Below, piece by piece: positions 39,068 through 51,320 of a DNA stretch of 64,000 bases (positions within the stretch are counted from its first letter, which is position 1; each line of letters starts with the position of its first letter). Origin of the DNA: Octopus sinensis. Its lineage: Eukaryota. Where the stretch lies: NCBI RefSeq assembly GCF_006345805.1, contig NC_043000.1, positions 126,728,001 through 126,792,000 of the forward strand. The letters are read 5' to 3'. The position numbers and the translations under genes are program-made. The notes under the pieces were generated by a model. The model was not told where the DNA came from. It did not search any database and saw only the letters and a program-made list of their open reading frames with translations.

Positions 39068-39347
39068 CAGGGTGGTCCAAAAGTAGGTTTACAGTTATTC
39101 AACTATCTCTTTCGCATTCATATACTCTTTTACTTGTTTCAGTCAATTGACTGTGGCCATGCAGGAGCACCGCCTTTAGTTGAGCAAATTGACTCCAGGA
39201 CTTATTCTTTGTAAGCCTAGTACTTATTCTATTGGTCTTTTTGCCGAACCGCTAAGTTACGGGGACGTAAACACACCAGCATTGGTTGTCAAGCGATGTT
39301 GGGGAACAAACACAGACACACAAATATATATATATACACACATACAC

Positions 39348-39397
<50 letters not shown>

Positions 39398-40085
39398 GAC
39401 GGGCTTCTTTCAGTTTCCGTCTACCAAATCCACTCACAAGACTTTGGTCGGCCTGAGGCTATAGTAGAAGACACTGCCCAAGGTGCCACACAGTGGGACT
39501 AAACCCGGGACCATGTGGTTCATAAGAAAGCTACTTACCATACATCCACTCCTGCACCTATATTAACAGTTTCGATCTTAATTATAAAAAAAAAAATGAA
39601 ACCATTATTCAGTAAGATGGAGCACCTCCATATTATGCATTGACAGTAAGAGACTACCTTAACTAAGCCTTTCCACAGCGTTGGTTTGGAAGATGGGGCA
39701 GCATCGAATGGCCATCATGTTCACCTGATCTGATATCAATGGGGGTTTTTTTTTGGGGGGGGGGGGGTTGTCGTAAAGAACGAGGTTTATGAGAAGAATC
39801 CCAAAACAGTAAATGAATTAAAAGATTACAGTTCTGACATGTTCACTGAAATTGATGGAGGTCGGAATTTGTGCCGCACTGTGTGTCAGAGTGTTCTCAA
39901 GAAGTTGGAAGAATGTTGCAATGTTGAAGGAGGACATTTTGAGCATCTGAGAGATTAAACATTGTCTGTTTAAGATGAGCATAAACAATATGATTACAAA
40001 ATAGAAATTTAAATGTATATAAATGTTTTAAAAGAAAATTAAAGTGCCTACATGATAACTGTAAAACTACATTTGGGCCACCCTG
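39068..40085 (+). mobile_element. Internally deleted Tc1/mariner element with a nested SINE A (39124-39560, minus)
   Basis: TIRs CAGGGTGGTCCAAAAGTAGGTTTACAGTTA / TAACTGTAAAACTACATTTGGGCCACCCTG; relic WPSCSPDL and CNVEGGHFEHL peptides. Confidence 0.85.
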
Positions 40086-42639
40086 TGTATATATTTCACT
40101 AAAAGATTGTGATAAAAACAACCTGGTGTAGAACTCAATATATGTATGCTTTTGAATGAAGCATTAGTCAAAAACAGAAGCTGAGTACAATATGCCATTT
40201 TTGTCACGTTGCCTTAAATAAAATATGTATACTTAACTCAGAATATTGAGTTACTCCTTCCTTATCACACATCTCTCTCATCGCTATCATACATACCTCT
40301 ATCACACATGCTTATCATTCTGTAAATAAGGTGTGACAAGAAGCATGGGGTTCTTATGTTCATTTTAACTGTGCTGAGGATATAGCTATCCCTTTTGTGC
40401 TGGTGTCATGAAAATGTACCCAATATACTCTGAGGTTGTGTGTGAGTCCTTTTGTGATGCTGAGGACATAACACTTTTCTAGTGCTGGTGTCAAAAAAAA
40501 AAAAAAAAGAAAAACACCCTGTACAGTAGTATAAAAAAGCAAGCTAAAAATGAAGTGTAAATCAAATGAGGTCCCTTAGTCCCTCCCTGAAATGCATGCT
40601 GACTCTTAATATGGTCACCTGTCCAACTCATGCCAACATGGAAAGTGGATGCATAGATCTACAAATGTGTAAATTCATGTATGTATGTATATGTATACAC
40701 ACACACACAATATGTATACATACATATATATGTATGTATGTATATTCATTGTTTTTTTATCTGTCATTTGTAGATGAAGTTATAACAACTTCACATTATA
40801 ATTTTTTCCTGTGCCAAATAATATTAGATAGTTGCAAGTCCTTGCTGAACGTTTTTATTTCGGAGATTTCCTTCTCCTAGATGAATTGTCTTCTATAGGA
40901 CTGGTGAGCACCATCTATCCTTTACTATATTACGGTATTGGATGGTTGTTGACTTTCCTGAGTTCCTCTGCCATTTAATAGTGTGTGTATACAAACATAA
41001 ACATATATATATATTCTTTTAATGATAGAATTCTGTTAAGAGGATACCAGTGGTTTCATGTAAATGCATTCACAATTATTCAGTCATAGTTTGAGTAATA
41101 GTGGCAGTTTATGCACCTTGCTAGATGAGAGTGAGAAAGAGATTTTGTGTAGTCATAGATGATACAAAGACAAAGGTACCGGTCAAGTGACTAAAGGGAA
41201 GCAATTGATTAGGACTGCAATATTGGTTGCTTCCCTTATATTGTTGAGTACCAGTTCTAATTACAGATACATTTGAGAGAGTATTTAATATATATTTGTA
41301 TAATATTATAGAATAATACAATTGACAATTTATATATCACTTAAACATTTGTATGTAAATATATATATATATATATATATTGATGGAATATAATATATTG
41401 TAGGTTATACACTGGAGTGGAATGCATGTTGTTACTACAGTAAAATATTAGTGATGTCCAGGTTGAATGAAAATATCACCAATATTTAACCCATCCAAGC
41501 TAAACCTAAAATATGTGGGCAAAGGAAAATGCTCTGGTTCAATCCACCATCAAGTATGAATGTGACAATAAACATAGATGCTTCCTAACACTGGTCAATA
41601 CTGATTTTCCATGCTCACATAGCTATCAGAGAATATTCAGAAAGAAAAACTGTTTAAGTTGCCTCCCAAAAATAGCAAGACCAAAAAAAAACAAAAAACA
41701 AAAACTAACACACCCTGCCATGACTAAGCAACTCCATCTAAGAGAGTTCACTTAGCAACAAATTCCTTAAGCTAACATCCTTGATAACGGATGGCATGAT
41801 AATGACATATCAGACTCAAGACAATGTTTAAAAAAAAACATTGAAACAGAATATGAATTTACAGAGATAGAACAATGCTACATCACTGTCCAAATTTGTA
41901 TGGAATATAAAAAAATGAATGTCTTACTGAAATGATAGTTGAACATTTTACTTTATCATTAATTCCTTCAGCTACATGCTGTGACCATGTTAAATGGTTT
42001 CTAGATTTAAGGTTAGTCAATTATATCAACCACTGTACTTAACTGGTACTTTACACCATTGATCATGGAGGGATGAAAGACAAATTTGACTTTGGAATTT
42101 GAACTTTGGGGTGTAAACAGTTGGAGCAAATACCATAAAACATTTTGTTTGATGCTCTAAGGATTCTGCCAAAACTACTGGTATCATGTTGAAAGTGCTT
42201 TACAAATAACAGAAATTATTCATCCAGTAGTGCAATGTCGAGCATTTATCCTTCAGTTTACACACACACATAAACTAGCTCATCTTTACATTTGAAGTAA
42301 AAACCAAAAATAATTTGAGAATATGATTCTACTTAAAATGACAATTATATATATTTTCTTATTTTAAAAATAATTTTACCACTTATTGTGAACAAATATC
42401 TTGGTATCCTTTACTTCCAATATGTTTTCTTGTACTCTGCTCTAAACCCAGTATTTATGTATGGCAATATAGTTATAATTTTTTCCTACTCTGTGTAGTT
42501 AACAAACTTGCTTCCCAAACATTTGCTTTCACATTGAGTCATGCATGGCATATTGGTCAAGTGTCTTCAACTATAGACATCTGCTGATTAAATTCTTGAA
42601 AGTGGATCTGGTAGACAGTAACAAACGGAAACCTATTGT

Positions 42640-42672
<33 letters not shown>

Positions 42673-43744
42673 AATGTGTGTATGTGTTTCCTTATCTAGA
42701 CATTATGGGATTGTTGCAGATAAGTGTCACCATCATACAAGCTATGTTGCTTGCTGTCTATCTTCTGCGTAAACATATCTGGCTGTGGAGGAATATAACC
42801 TCATATAGAAATGGGTGAAGTTTGGTGGCAAGAAGGGCATCTGGTTTATCTGAGCCATGGCGAGCATGGAAAAGTAGATTTTAAAATGATGATGATATTT
42901 CTATTGCTTCAAGAGACAAAACTAGTAAAATAGTATTCCTTTATATTTAATTACACTCTGCATATAGCATTGAGTACTTTAAAAACACTGTTTTTCTGTT
43001 TTTTTCTAAAACCTTTTATTCTTTATTATTTTAGCGATTTCACTCATTGCAATGTGGCCATACTAGGGTATTGCATTCAAGGATTTAATCCTTTATATGA
43101 ATCCCATCATTTATTTTTAAGTATGGTACTTATTTAATCTAAGTTTGTATGTTTAATAGCTATGTTAGAAGATTAAATGTAAATCAGATACACACATGTA
43201 CATAAACACACACACACCTAAAATTTGTAATAATAAAGTCAAACCAAATAATGATATTTTGAAACCATTTAATATGTACATTTCAGATCTGGATAACATG
43301 TAATAAGAAATACATTCCCTTAGCCAGTTGTCACTCCATCTATGCAGATACTCTAACAATAATTTAGAGTTGTTTGTTGCATTTAACTTGACTTGAGAAT
43401 TCTGGTATAGTGCATTACCTTCAAGCAATATATATGTGATTTCATTATGTTGAAGCGTTAATCAAGCACATTTTTTCTCTCTCAGTTTTTCTTTTGTTTT
43501 TTTTCCATTCTCATTTCTTTTTCCTCTCAACCCTTTCTGCCAAAGAGTGTAGGCTTGATTCATCAAAGACTTTTCCATTCTCCCTGAGTGTTAAACTAAT
43601 ACACCTGCTTGTTGTTCCTTCACCTGTCTTTGTCTTTTGTTTTCTGTAAATTTGAACTATAGATACATAGACAAACAGATATATATATATATATACATAC
43701 ATACACACGTACATATATATATATATATGAACAGGCACTCTGTT

Positions 43745-44040
43745 ATGATGACAAGTATTCCAGTTGAACTGATGAAGTGAACAGTCTGCTTGTGTAATTA
43801 ATGTGCAAGTGGCTGAACACTCCATAGACTCACATACCATTAATGTAGTACTCAGGGAGATGCAGCATGATGTGACAAAGCTGGCCCTTTCAATTAGAGA
43901 TGCAACTCACCCTCACCAGCTGAGTGAACTGGAACAACATGAAATAAAGTGTCTTGCTCAAGGACACAACACACTGACAGGAATTAAACTCATGATTTTA
44001 CAATTGTGAGCTGAATATCCTAACCACTAGAACATGTGAC
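43745..44040 (-). mobile_element. SINE family C
   Basis: Homologous to 6845-7435. Confidence 0.8.
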
Positions 44041-44403
44041 TTGACGATACACATACATGAGTTTCTGTCAACAAAATTTCACTCATAAGACATTGGTTGA
44101 CAGCTGCTGCACAAGATTGCCATACAAGACAGAACCTGAAATTATGTGTTTATTAAGGGAACTTCTTATCCAGACAACTATGTCAGTGTGCATAATTAAT
44201 TTTACCATGTGTGTATTGTATTACTGTGTGTTAATACATACACAGATACATGCATACACAAATACACACACATATATATTTATGCTTGGGTGAACATCTG
44301 TCCTTACAAGAGGACAGAAATCTCTGTAATTTCTTAGATTACTGAGTTTAATGCTGGAGAAGGGAAGTAGAAGGATAATATATAAGCATATATATTATCA
44401 TTT

Positions 44404-44804
44404 ATTTATTTATTGCCCACAAGGGGCTAAACATAGAAGGGGACAAAGAAGGACAGACAAAGGGATTAAGTCGATTACATCGACCCCAGTGTGTACCTGA
44501 TACTTAATTTATCGACCCCGAAAGGATGAAAGGCAAAGTCAACCTCGGCGGAATTTGAACTCAGAATGTAACGGCAGACGAAATACCTATTTCTTTACTA
44601 CCCACAAGGGGCTACATGCAGAGAGGACAAACAAGGACAGACAAACAGATTAAGTCGATTATATCGACCCCAGTGCGTAACTGGTACTTATTTAATCAAC
44701 CCTGAAAAGATGAAAGGCAATTTGAACTCAGAACGTAGCGGCACACGAAATACCGCTAAGCATTTCGCCTGGCGTGCTACCATTTCTGCCAGCTCACAGC
44801 CATA
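44404..44804 (-). mobile_element. Head-to-tail dimer of SINE family B
   Basis: CCCACAAGGGGCTA..GAAATACC occurs twice in tandem. Confidence 0.85.
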
Positions 44805-45544
44805 ATGTGTGTATTGTATTACTGTGTGTGTGTGTTAATACATACACAGATACATGCATACACAAATACACACATACATACATATTTATGCTTGGGTGAA
44901 CATTTGTCCTGACAAGAGGACAAAATTCTCTGAAATTTCTTAGATTACTGAGTTTAATGCTGGAGAAGGGTAGTAGAATGATAATATATAAGGATATATA
45001 TTATCATTTAAATAGCAAATGTAATTAGTCATGGGGATTTGACTGGTTGCTGAAAAAACACTAGAAAGGCATCACACATTCATCTATTCAATTGTCATAC
45101 ACACAATGTGTGGTACATTTATTTTTCCACAAGTAAAAAGCATATTTTCATGTCTTTAGTATCATACATATAAAACACATGAAAGCAAAGGGAGATAATA
45201 ATTATTTTTTTCATTGTTTGTCCATCTTTTAAACTATAGCAAACTCATTTTGTGGGGAAATAAATGAGCTGGTAACTGGAAATTCTTCAATAAATATTGG
45301 TGGATGCATCAAGTATTCACTAATTTTGACTGTTAGTTTAAAATTGCAAAAGACTAATTGAATATTACACTTTTCTGAGAAACTTGGGTCACATCCTTCG
45401 GAACCATTGATGTACAAGCTTGTGCTTTCTATAATGGATCAACTGACTTTATTATTTCAATATTTGGAATGTGATTTTGCAATACATATTTCCAATAATC
45501 TAAATATGTATATATATTGCAAGGATTGGATATTAGCGGGAACC

Positions 45545-46030
45545 ATCATCATCATCATTTAATGTCTGCTTTCCATGCTAGCATGGGTTAGATGATTTGA
45601 CTGAGGACTGGCGAACCAGATGGCTGCACCAGGCTCCAATCTGAACTGGCAGAGTTTCTACAGGTGGATGCCCTTGCTAACACCAACCACTCCGAGAGTG
45701 GAGTGGGTGCTTTTAAGTGCCACTGGCATGAGGGCCAGTTAGGCAGTACTGGCAACGGCCATGCTCAAATGGTGTTTTTTACATGTCACCGGCACAGGAG
45801 CCAGTCCAGCGGCACTGGCAACAACTTGCTTGAATGTTTTTTCACATGCCACCAGCATAAGTGCCAGTAAGGCAATGCTGGTAATGATCACGCTCGAATG
45901 GTGCTTTTTATGTGCCACTGGCATGGAAGCCAGTCAGCTGCTCTGGCAACGATTATGCTTGGATGGTACTCTTAGCACTCCACTAGCACGGATGCCAGTC
46001 ATTGAATTTGATTTCGATTTCACTTGCCTC
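45545..46030 (-). mobile_element. Family D retroposon tail with several internal ~60-bp units
   Basis: Repeated GGTGCTTTTTATGTGCCAC units. Confidence 0.8.
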
Positions 46031-46551
46031 GGCTATACACCTTGTAGTATGCTGTTTAAAGCTTGTTCGCAGTATTGGCTACCTGATGTCATCAGCAGTA
46101 TGGAAATATATGCCACTGGATATACTTCAGGAATTCCTTCATGTCTATAGAGTTTATAATATATGAGAGAAAGAGATAGGAAATGTGTGAATTATGTATA
46201 AATTTAACCCTTAAAGGTATTTTTTGATATGCTGGCCATTGATAAAATTTTTTTTCCCGAAAAAAGTTTTATCCTACATTAATTATATATATATATATAA
46301 ATATATATTCACAAACCTATTGAAGTAATACGCGTCCTGGTCCGTTTGCAATTTCGAGAGAATGTAGGGATTTAATAGAGGTGAGTAGGGGACAATAATG
46401 AAATATTTCTTTACTTTTGCCCCTGTCCCACTGTTTTGTCAAGTTCTGTTGGGTGGGGGGGAGAAGCAAGTTTGGGTATATTTTTTTATAGAATGCTGTT
46501 GTTCCTGCTGCATACTACTAACAGGCAGATATATATGTATGTGTGTGTATG

Positions 46552-46582
<31 letters not shown>

Positions 46583-46742
46583 CAAATAAGATTAAGAAAA
46601 CCTCTATTAGAGATGAAAGCAGTATTTATACGAAGAAGTATTATTTATTGCCATCTAAACATGGATGTTCTATAAGGACAGATGATACTGCTATTTTAAT
46701 TCCGGGAAGATACCTCCTCCAGCTGGTTATTCATTGCATCTT

Positions 46743-46805
<63 letters not shown>

Positions 46806-46991
46806 TATATATATAAAATTTGAATAAAACCTCCTTTTATCAATTCATCATCATCATCGTTTAGCGATGATGATGATGAATAATGAATTTTCATTATTGA
46901 ATTGATAAAAGGTGGGGTTTTTTTCTAATTTATATATATATATATATATACATCAAATGAAATCAAAAACAGAGCACAAAGGATGTCGCAG

Positions 46992-47029
<38 letters not shown>

Positions 47030-47100
47030 TTTGTGAAATTTGATTTAGTATTTATAAATTGAATTTTTCCCTGTAAGTTTGGAATAATATTCCCTCATAT

Positions 47101-47141
<41 letters not shown>

Positions 47142-47225
47142 AGTAGTTGAATGAATTATCTTAGTATGGATAATTCGGTTAACCGATACCTGGGTAGTTT
47201 TTGTTCATCTTGATGCTGACATAAG

Positions 47226-47324
47226 TTCCTTGTTTTTCCTGATGAGAATGCGGCATAATGCACCCCTTATTCCTTCGAAATTAGGAATATGCAGCCTTCG
47301 AAACATATGTCGAGAATAAAGGAA
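47226..47324 (+). ncRNA. Type I hammerhead ribozyme, canonical core, inside an interspersed repeat
   Basis: Helix I TTCCTTGTTTTTC/GAGAATAAAGGAA; CTGATGA 47239-45; helix II GAATGCGGCATA/TATGCAGCCTTC; GAAA 47300-03; C-ATAT-G palindromic helix III; GTC cleavage triplet 47309-11. Confidence 0.85.
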
Positions 47325-47391
47325 TTTTGTTAAATCGTTGTTCAACTCCATTCTTTCATTTATTTATATGTATATATATATATATATATAT

Positions 47392-47735
47392 CGTGGCCGT
47401 TCGCCAGCCTCATCTGGCACCTGTGTCGGTGGCACATAAAAACACCATCCGAGCGTGGCCGTCTGCCAGCCTCGTCTGGCACCTGTGTCGGTGGCACATA
47501 AAAAAACACCATTCGAGCGTGGCCGTTCGCCAGCCTCGTCTGGCACCTGTGTCGGTGGCACATAAAATCACCCACTACACTCACGGAGTGGTTGGCATTA
47601 GGAAGGGCATCCAGCTGTAGAAACACTGCCAGATCTGACTGGACTGGTGCAGCTTTCGGGCTCCCCAGACCCCAGTTGAACCGTCCAACCCATGCTAGCA
47701 TGGAAAACGGACGCTAAATGAATGATGATGATTTT
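47392..47735 (+). mobile_element. Family D retroposon tail, young, three ~60-bp units
   Basis: CGTGGCCGTTCGCCAGCCTC..GGCACATAAAA x3, then an (ATG)n tail. Confidence 0.88.
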
Positions 47736-48004
47736 GATTCCTTATATTGCAAGGATCTATTTTGAAAGTATGATATTTGGTTATGTAATGCACCTAGCAC
47801 ACTCTGTAACTGATGTGGCATCCATCTGTAGAGACTAAGCCAATAATGAAATATATAAACAAGATATGGTCCTTGAATTAATTTAGCAGGGTATAAACAC
47901 CTAGTAAAAACTGACTCTGGTCGTAACAACCTACTCAACCAATGACAACATGAAAAAGGTTTGTAAACTGATAATAACAATAATGATGACAATGATGTGG
48001 ATAG

Positions 48005-48035
<31 letters not shown>

Positions 48036-48539
48036 TTATGTAAGTAAGCATGAATAAAATGTAACCCCCAAAAATAAAAACAGAAAAACTAGGTAAGATA
48101 TTAGCAATAGAGAAAAGCTGTGAATTGAATTACTTGTTTGAAGAAGGGACCTACCTAGTATTTCAGAACTTATATCCCTTCTTACACACACAAATTTAGT
48201 AATCTTATTTAATGAATTTTATTGGCAGAAATCAAATTCATACACACACATGTGCATATGCGAGTGCATGCATGCACATACACACACACACACACATGCA
48301 CGCACACACACTTCAGATCTTGACAATAATTCAAGTTGTAATGTTGTTCTGTACTCAAAAATTTGTATACTTTGATGTAAATAATATAGATTTATATATA
48401 CATATATTTATGATATTTTTGCATATTTAATAATGAAAATATAATTACAGCATTTTTGCAGAATATAATTGTTTGGTTAATTCAATAGTCCTGAAGACTG
48501 CAATTAAACTGAACTAAAAAAATATGAGAGATAGGATAA

Positions 48540-48609
<70 letters not shown>

Positions 48610-48854
48610 GACAAAGAGAGAGAGAGAAACTACACAGAAAATAGAAGTAAGCAAATGAAAAACAGAATCTAGGTAGACGCAGGTTTGCTGTAAGGTGGGT
48701 GGAAGGGGATTTGTCTCAGACACTTAATGTTGTAAGTATGGAATCAATAGAGAAGAAATAAGAAAAAATATTTTTGTAATTTTTATAATCACTTGATGAA
48801 ACGATAAGTGATTAACAAATTTCTTTAGCCTCAAACAAAACATATATATATATA

Positions 48855-49340
48855 TCATCATCATCATTTAACATCTGCTTTCCATGCTGGCATAGGTTGG
48901 ATGCTTTGACTGAGGGCTGACAAGCCAGGGGCCTGCATCAGGCTCCAATCTGATCAGGCAAGGCTTCTACAGCTGGATACCCTTCCTAATGCCAATCACT
49001 TTGAGAGTGTAGTGGGCGCTTTTTATGTGCCACCGGCACAGTGGCCAGTCAGCTGGCACTGGCATCGACCATGCTCAAATGGTGCATTTTACATGTCACT
49101 GGCATGGGGGCCAATCAAGTGGTGCTGGCATTGACCACGCTCGAATGGTGCTTTTTATGTGCCAGTGGCATGAAAGCCAGTCAGGTGGCACTGGCAATGA
49201 GCACGCTCGAATGGTGCTTTTTATGTGCCACTGGCATGGAAGCCAGTCAGGCAGCACTGGTATCAACCACGTTCGTATGGTGCTTTTTATGTGCCACCAG
49301 CACGGTAGCCAGTCCAGTGAGACTGGCATCGACATATGAG
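48855..49340 (-). mobile_element. Family D retroposon tail, about five internal units
   Basis: As above, older. Confidence 0.8.
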
Positions 49341-49956
49341 TGTTTCATTTTTGTATCTGGCTTGCAAGATTTTTTATGTGAATTCATGAGTTGAAGCAGA
49401 TTTTGATGTGTCTTGGGAGGGTCATTATGTTAGTAATAAACACATGCACTGTTTCTGTTTTACTTCTTTATTATTCAGAAATTGGTTAATTATTTAAACA
49501 ACTAAATAATCAATTGTTGAGTAATCATTTGTGTTTGTCAAAGTCCTTTTATCACTATTCCTGCATGGCCTCTTTAATGACATACCCTCTCTTCTTCAGA
49601 TCTGCTTCAAATCTAGACCTGGAGATAAGAAGCATGTCATTGAGAAGGTCATGAATAGTGACATAAAGACTTTAACAAACAAAACCAATTGATTGATTGT
49701 CTGAATGATTAATTAAATAATCAACTAGTTTGTTGGTTAAATAGTTAACCAATTGATGAATAATAAAGAAGTGAAATAGAAACAGTGCATTAGCATAAGG
49801 ACCCTCCCAAAATATAACCAAATATATGTGGATGTTTGTATACACTTGAAGGACAAAACCATAAAAAATACTCAATACTTGCATTAGAAGTGTCTGGATA
49901 TTGGTATGCATGTATTTATATGTAAGATTTTATAGATATAGATAAATAAGATTAGA

Positions 49957-50015
49957 TATCTGAACCACAGTTTCATTCAGTTAGCCATTTGTTCAACTGT
50001 ACTCATCAGATGATT
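49957..50015 (-). ncRNA. Decayed hammerhead-like motif downstream of, and in sense with, the KASH gene
   Basis: CTGATGA-GTACAGTT..AACTGAAT-GAAA-C-TGTG-GTT. Helix I is poor. Confidence 0.35.
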
Positions 50016-50871
50016 GTTAACTGTATATATCTGCTAATGCATACTCGATTAAAAGGCTGTCTAAAGAGAAAAAACATACTTCAAACCTATACTTTCTATA
50101 TGCAATCCTGTTACTTTCCATATCAATAACTTAACTTTCTCTCTCACACATATATGTACACACACAAACACATGTGTTTGTTTTTACTTGTTGTAGTTAT
50201 ATACAAAAACAATAAAGCATTAAATTGAAGGATCACTCAAAACCTTTTAGTATTGCAACAAATTTATTTTATTTTTACAAGGAAAGCTTGACAGTTACTT
50301 TGATGTTTCAGTTATGTCATCTTCACTGGAGTGTAAATTACTTTGGTTCACAAAGTCCTATATATAATTATTTGGGGAGTCACCTTGTGAGAAGAATAAT
50401 GTAGCTGCAAAGTAGGTGTGGTGTAACAGTGTATTTTTGTGGTATATAAAGAAATATCTTTAAGAAAGGTTTCACCACATAGTAACGACAAATGCCTTTC
50501 TCTTACATGTGATAAACATTTGCTTTCACCTTGTTCTCTTTTATTTTCCTCCCCGCCTTCTTCTTCTGCTCTTCTCTCTAATTTTTTCCACCTACTCAAT
50601 TAAACTTTCAATAAAGATATTTCTTTATGCACCAAAAAAAAAAAAAAAATGCTATTATACTACACCCATATTGCAGTTACATTGCTCCTTCCATGAAATG
50701 AATCCTAAATAATTATATACAGTATTTACAAAATTGAAGTAATTTACAGTCTGATGAAGACCACATCACTGGGATTTTGACGTAACTGCCAACCTTCTCA
50801 TTGTAAATTAAAATAAAATAATATAAATGAACATATACAATAATGATAAAATAATAAATACCAAGCAAAGT

Positions 50872-50914
50872 ATGGAACGGTTTGTCATTTTTTGTTGCAT
50901 TAAAGATCAATAAA

Positions 50915-50956
<42 letters not shown>

Positions 50957-51140
50957 GAATACAAATGTAATGATTTTATAATAAAAAAATTAGCAAATTT
51001 TTATCATGGAACGGTTTGTCATTTTTTTGTTGCATCAAAGATCAATAAAACTTTATATATATATATATATATGAAGAATACACATGTAATGATTTTATAA
51101 TAAAAAAATTAGCAAATTTTTTTATCATGGAACGGTTTGC
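50872..51140. repeat. Tandem duplication with units of 134 and 121 bp in the putative 3' UTR
   Basis: ATGGAACGGTTTG at 50872, 51006 and 51127. Confidence 0.9.
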
Positions 51141-51235
51141 TTTTGTTGTATTTAAGACTGATAAAATTTTTCAAAAATTTCAGTATGTGGACATACAGAC
51201 AGTGGAAGGATGAGTTAAAACAAATAATATGAATA

Positions 51236-51241
51236 TTTATT
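51236..51241 (-). promoter_or_regulatory. Candidate proximal polyadenylation signal (AATAAA) of the KASH gene
   Basis: AATAAA on the minus strand about 80 nt after the stop codon. The region is AT-rich and other copies lie further downstream, so actual use is unproven. Confidence 0.35.
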
Positions 51242-51320
51242 TGGAAAAAGGCAGCAGGCAAATTAGAATGGACAAGTGAAAAAAAAAATGTGAATTGTGA
51301 AATCAATTATATATGTTTTT

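Noticed and set aside
1-50000. Estrogen-receptor neighbour (vertebrate SYNE1/2 lie tail-to-tail with ESR1/2)
   Set aside because: No nuclear-receptor zinc-finger or ligand-binding motifs were noticed in the supplied ORFs or by eye; short exons could have been missed.
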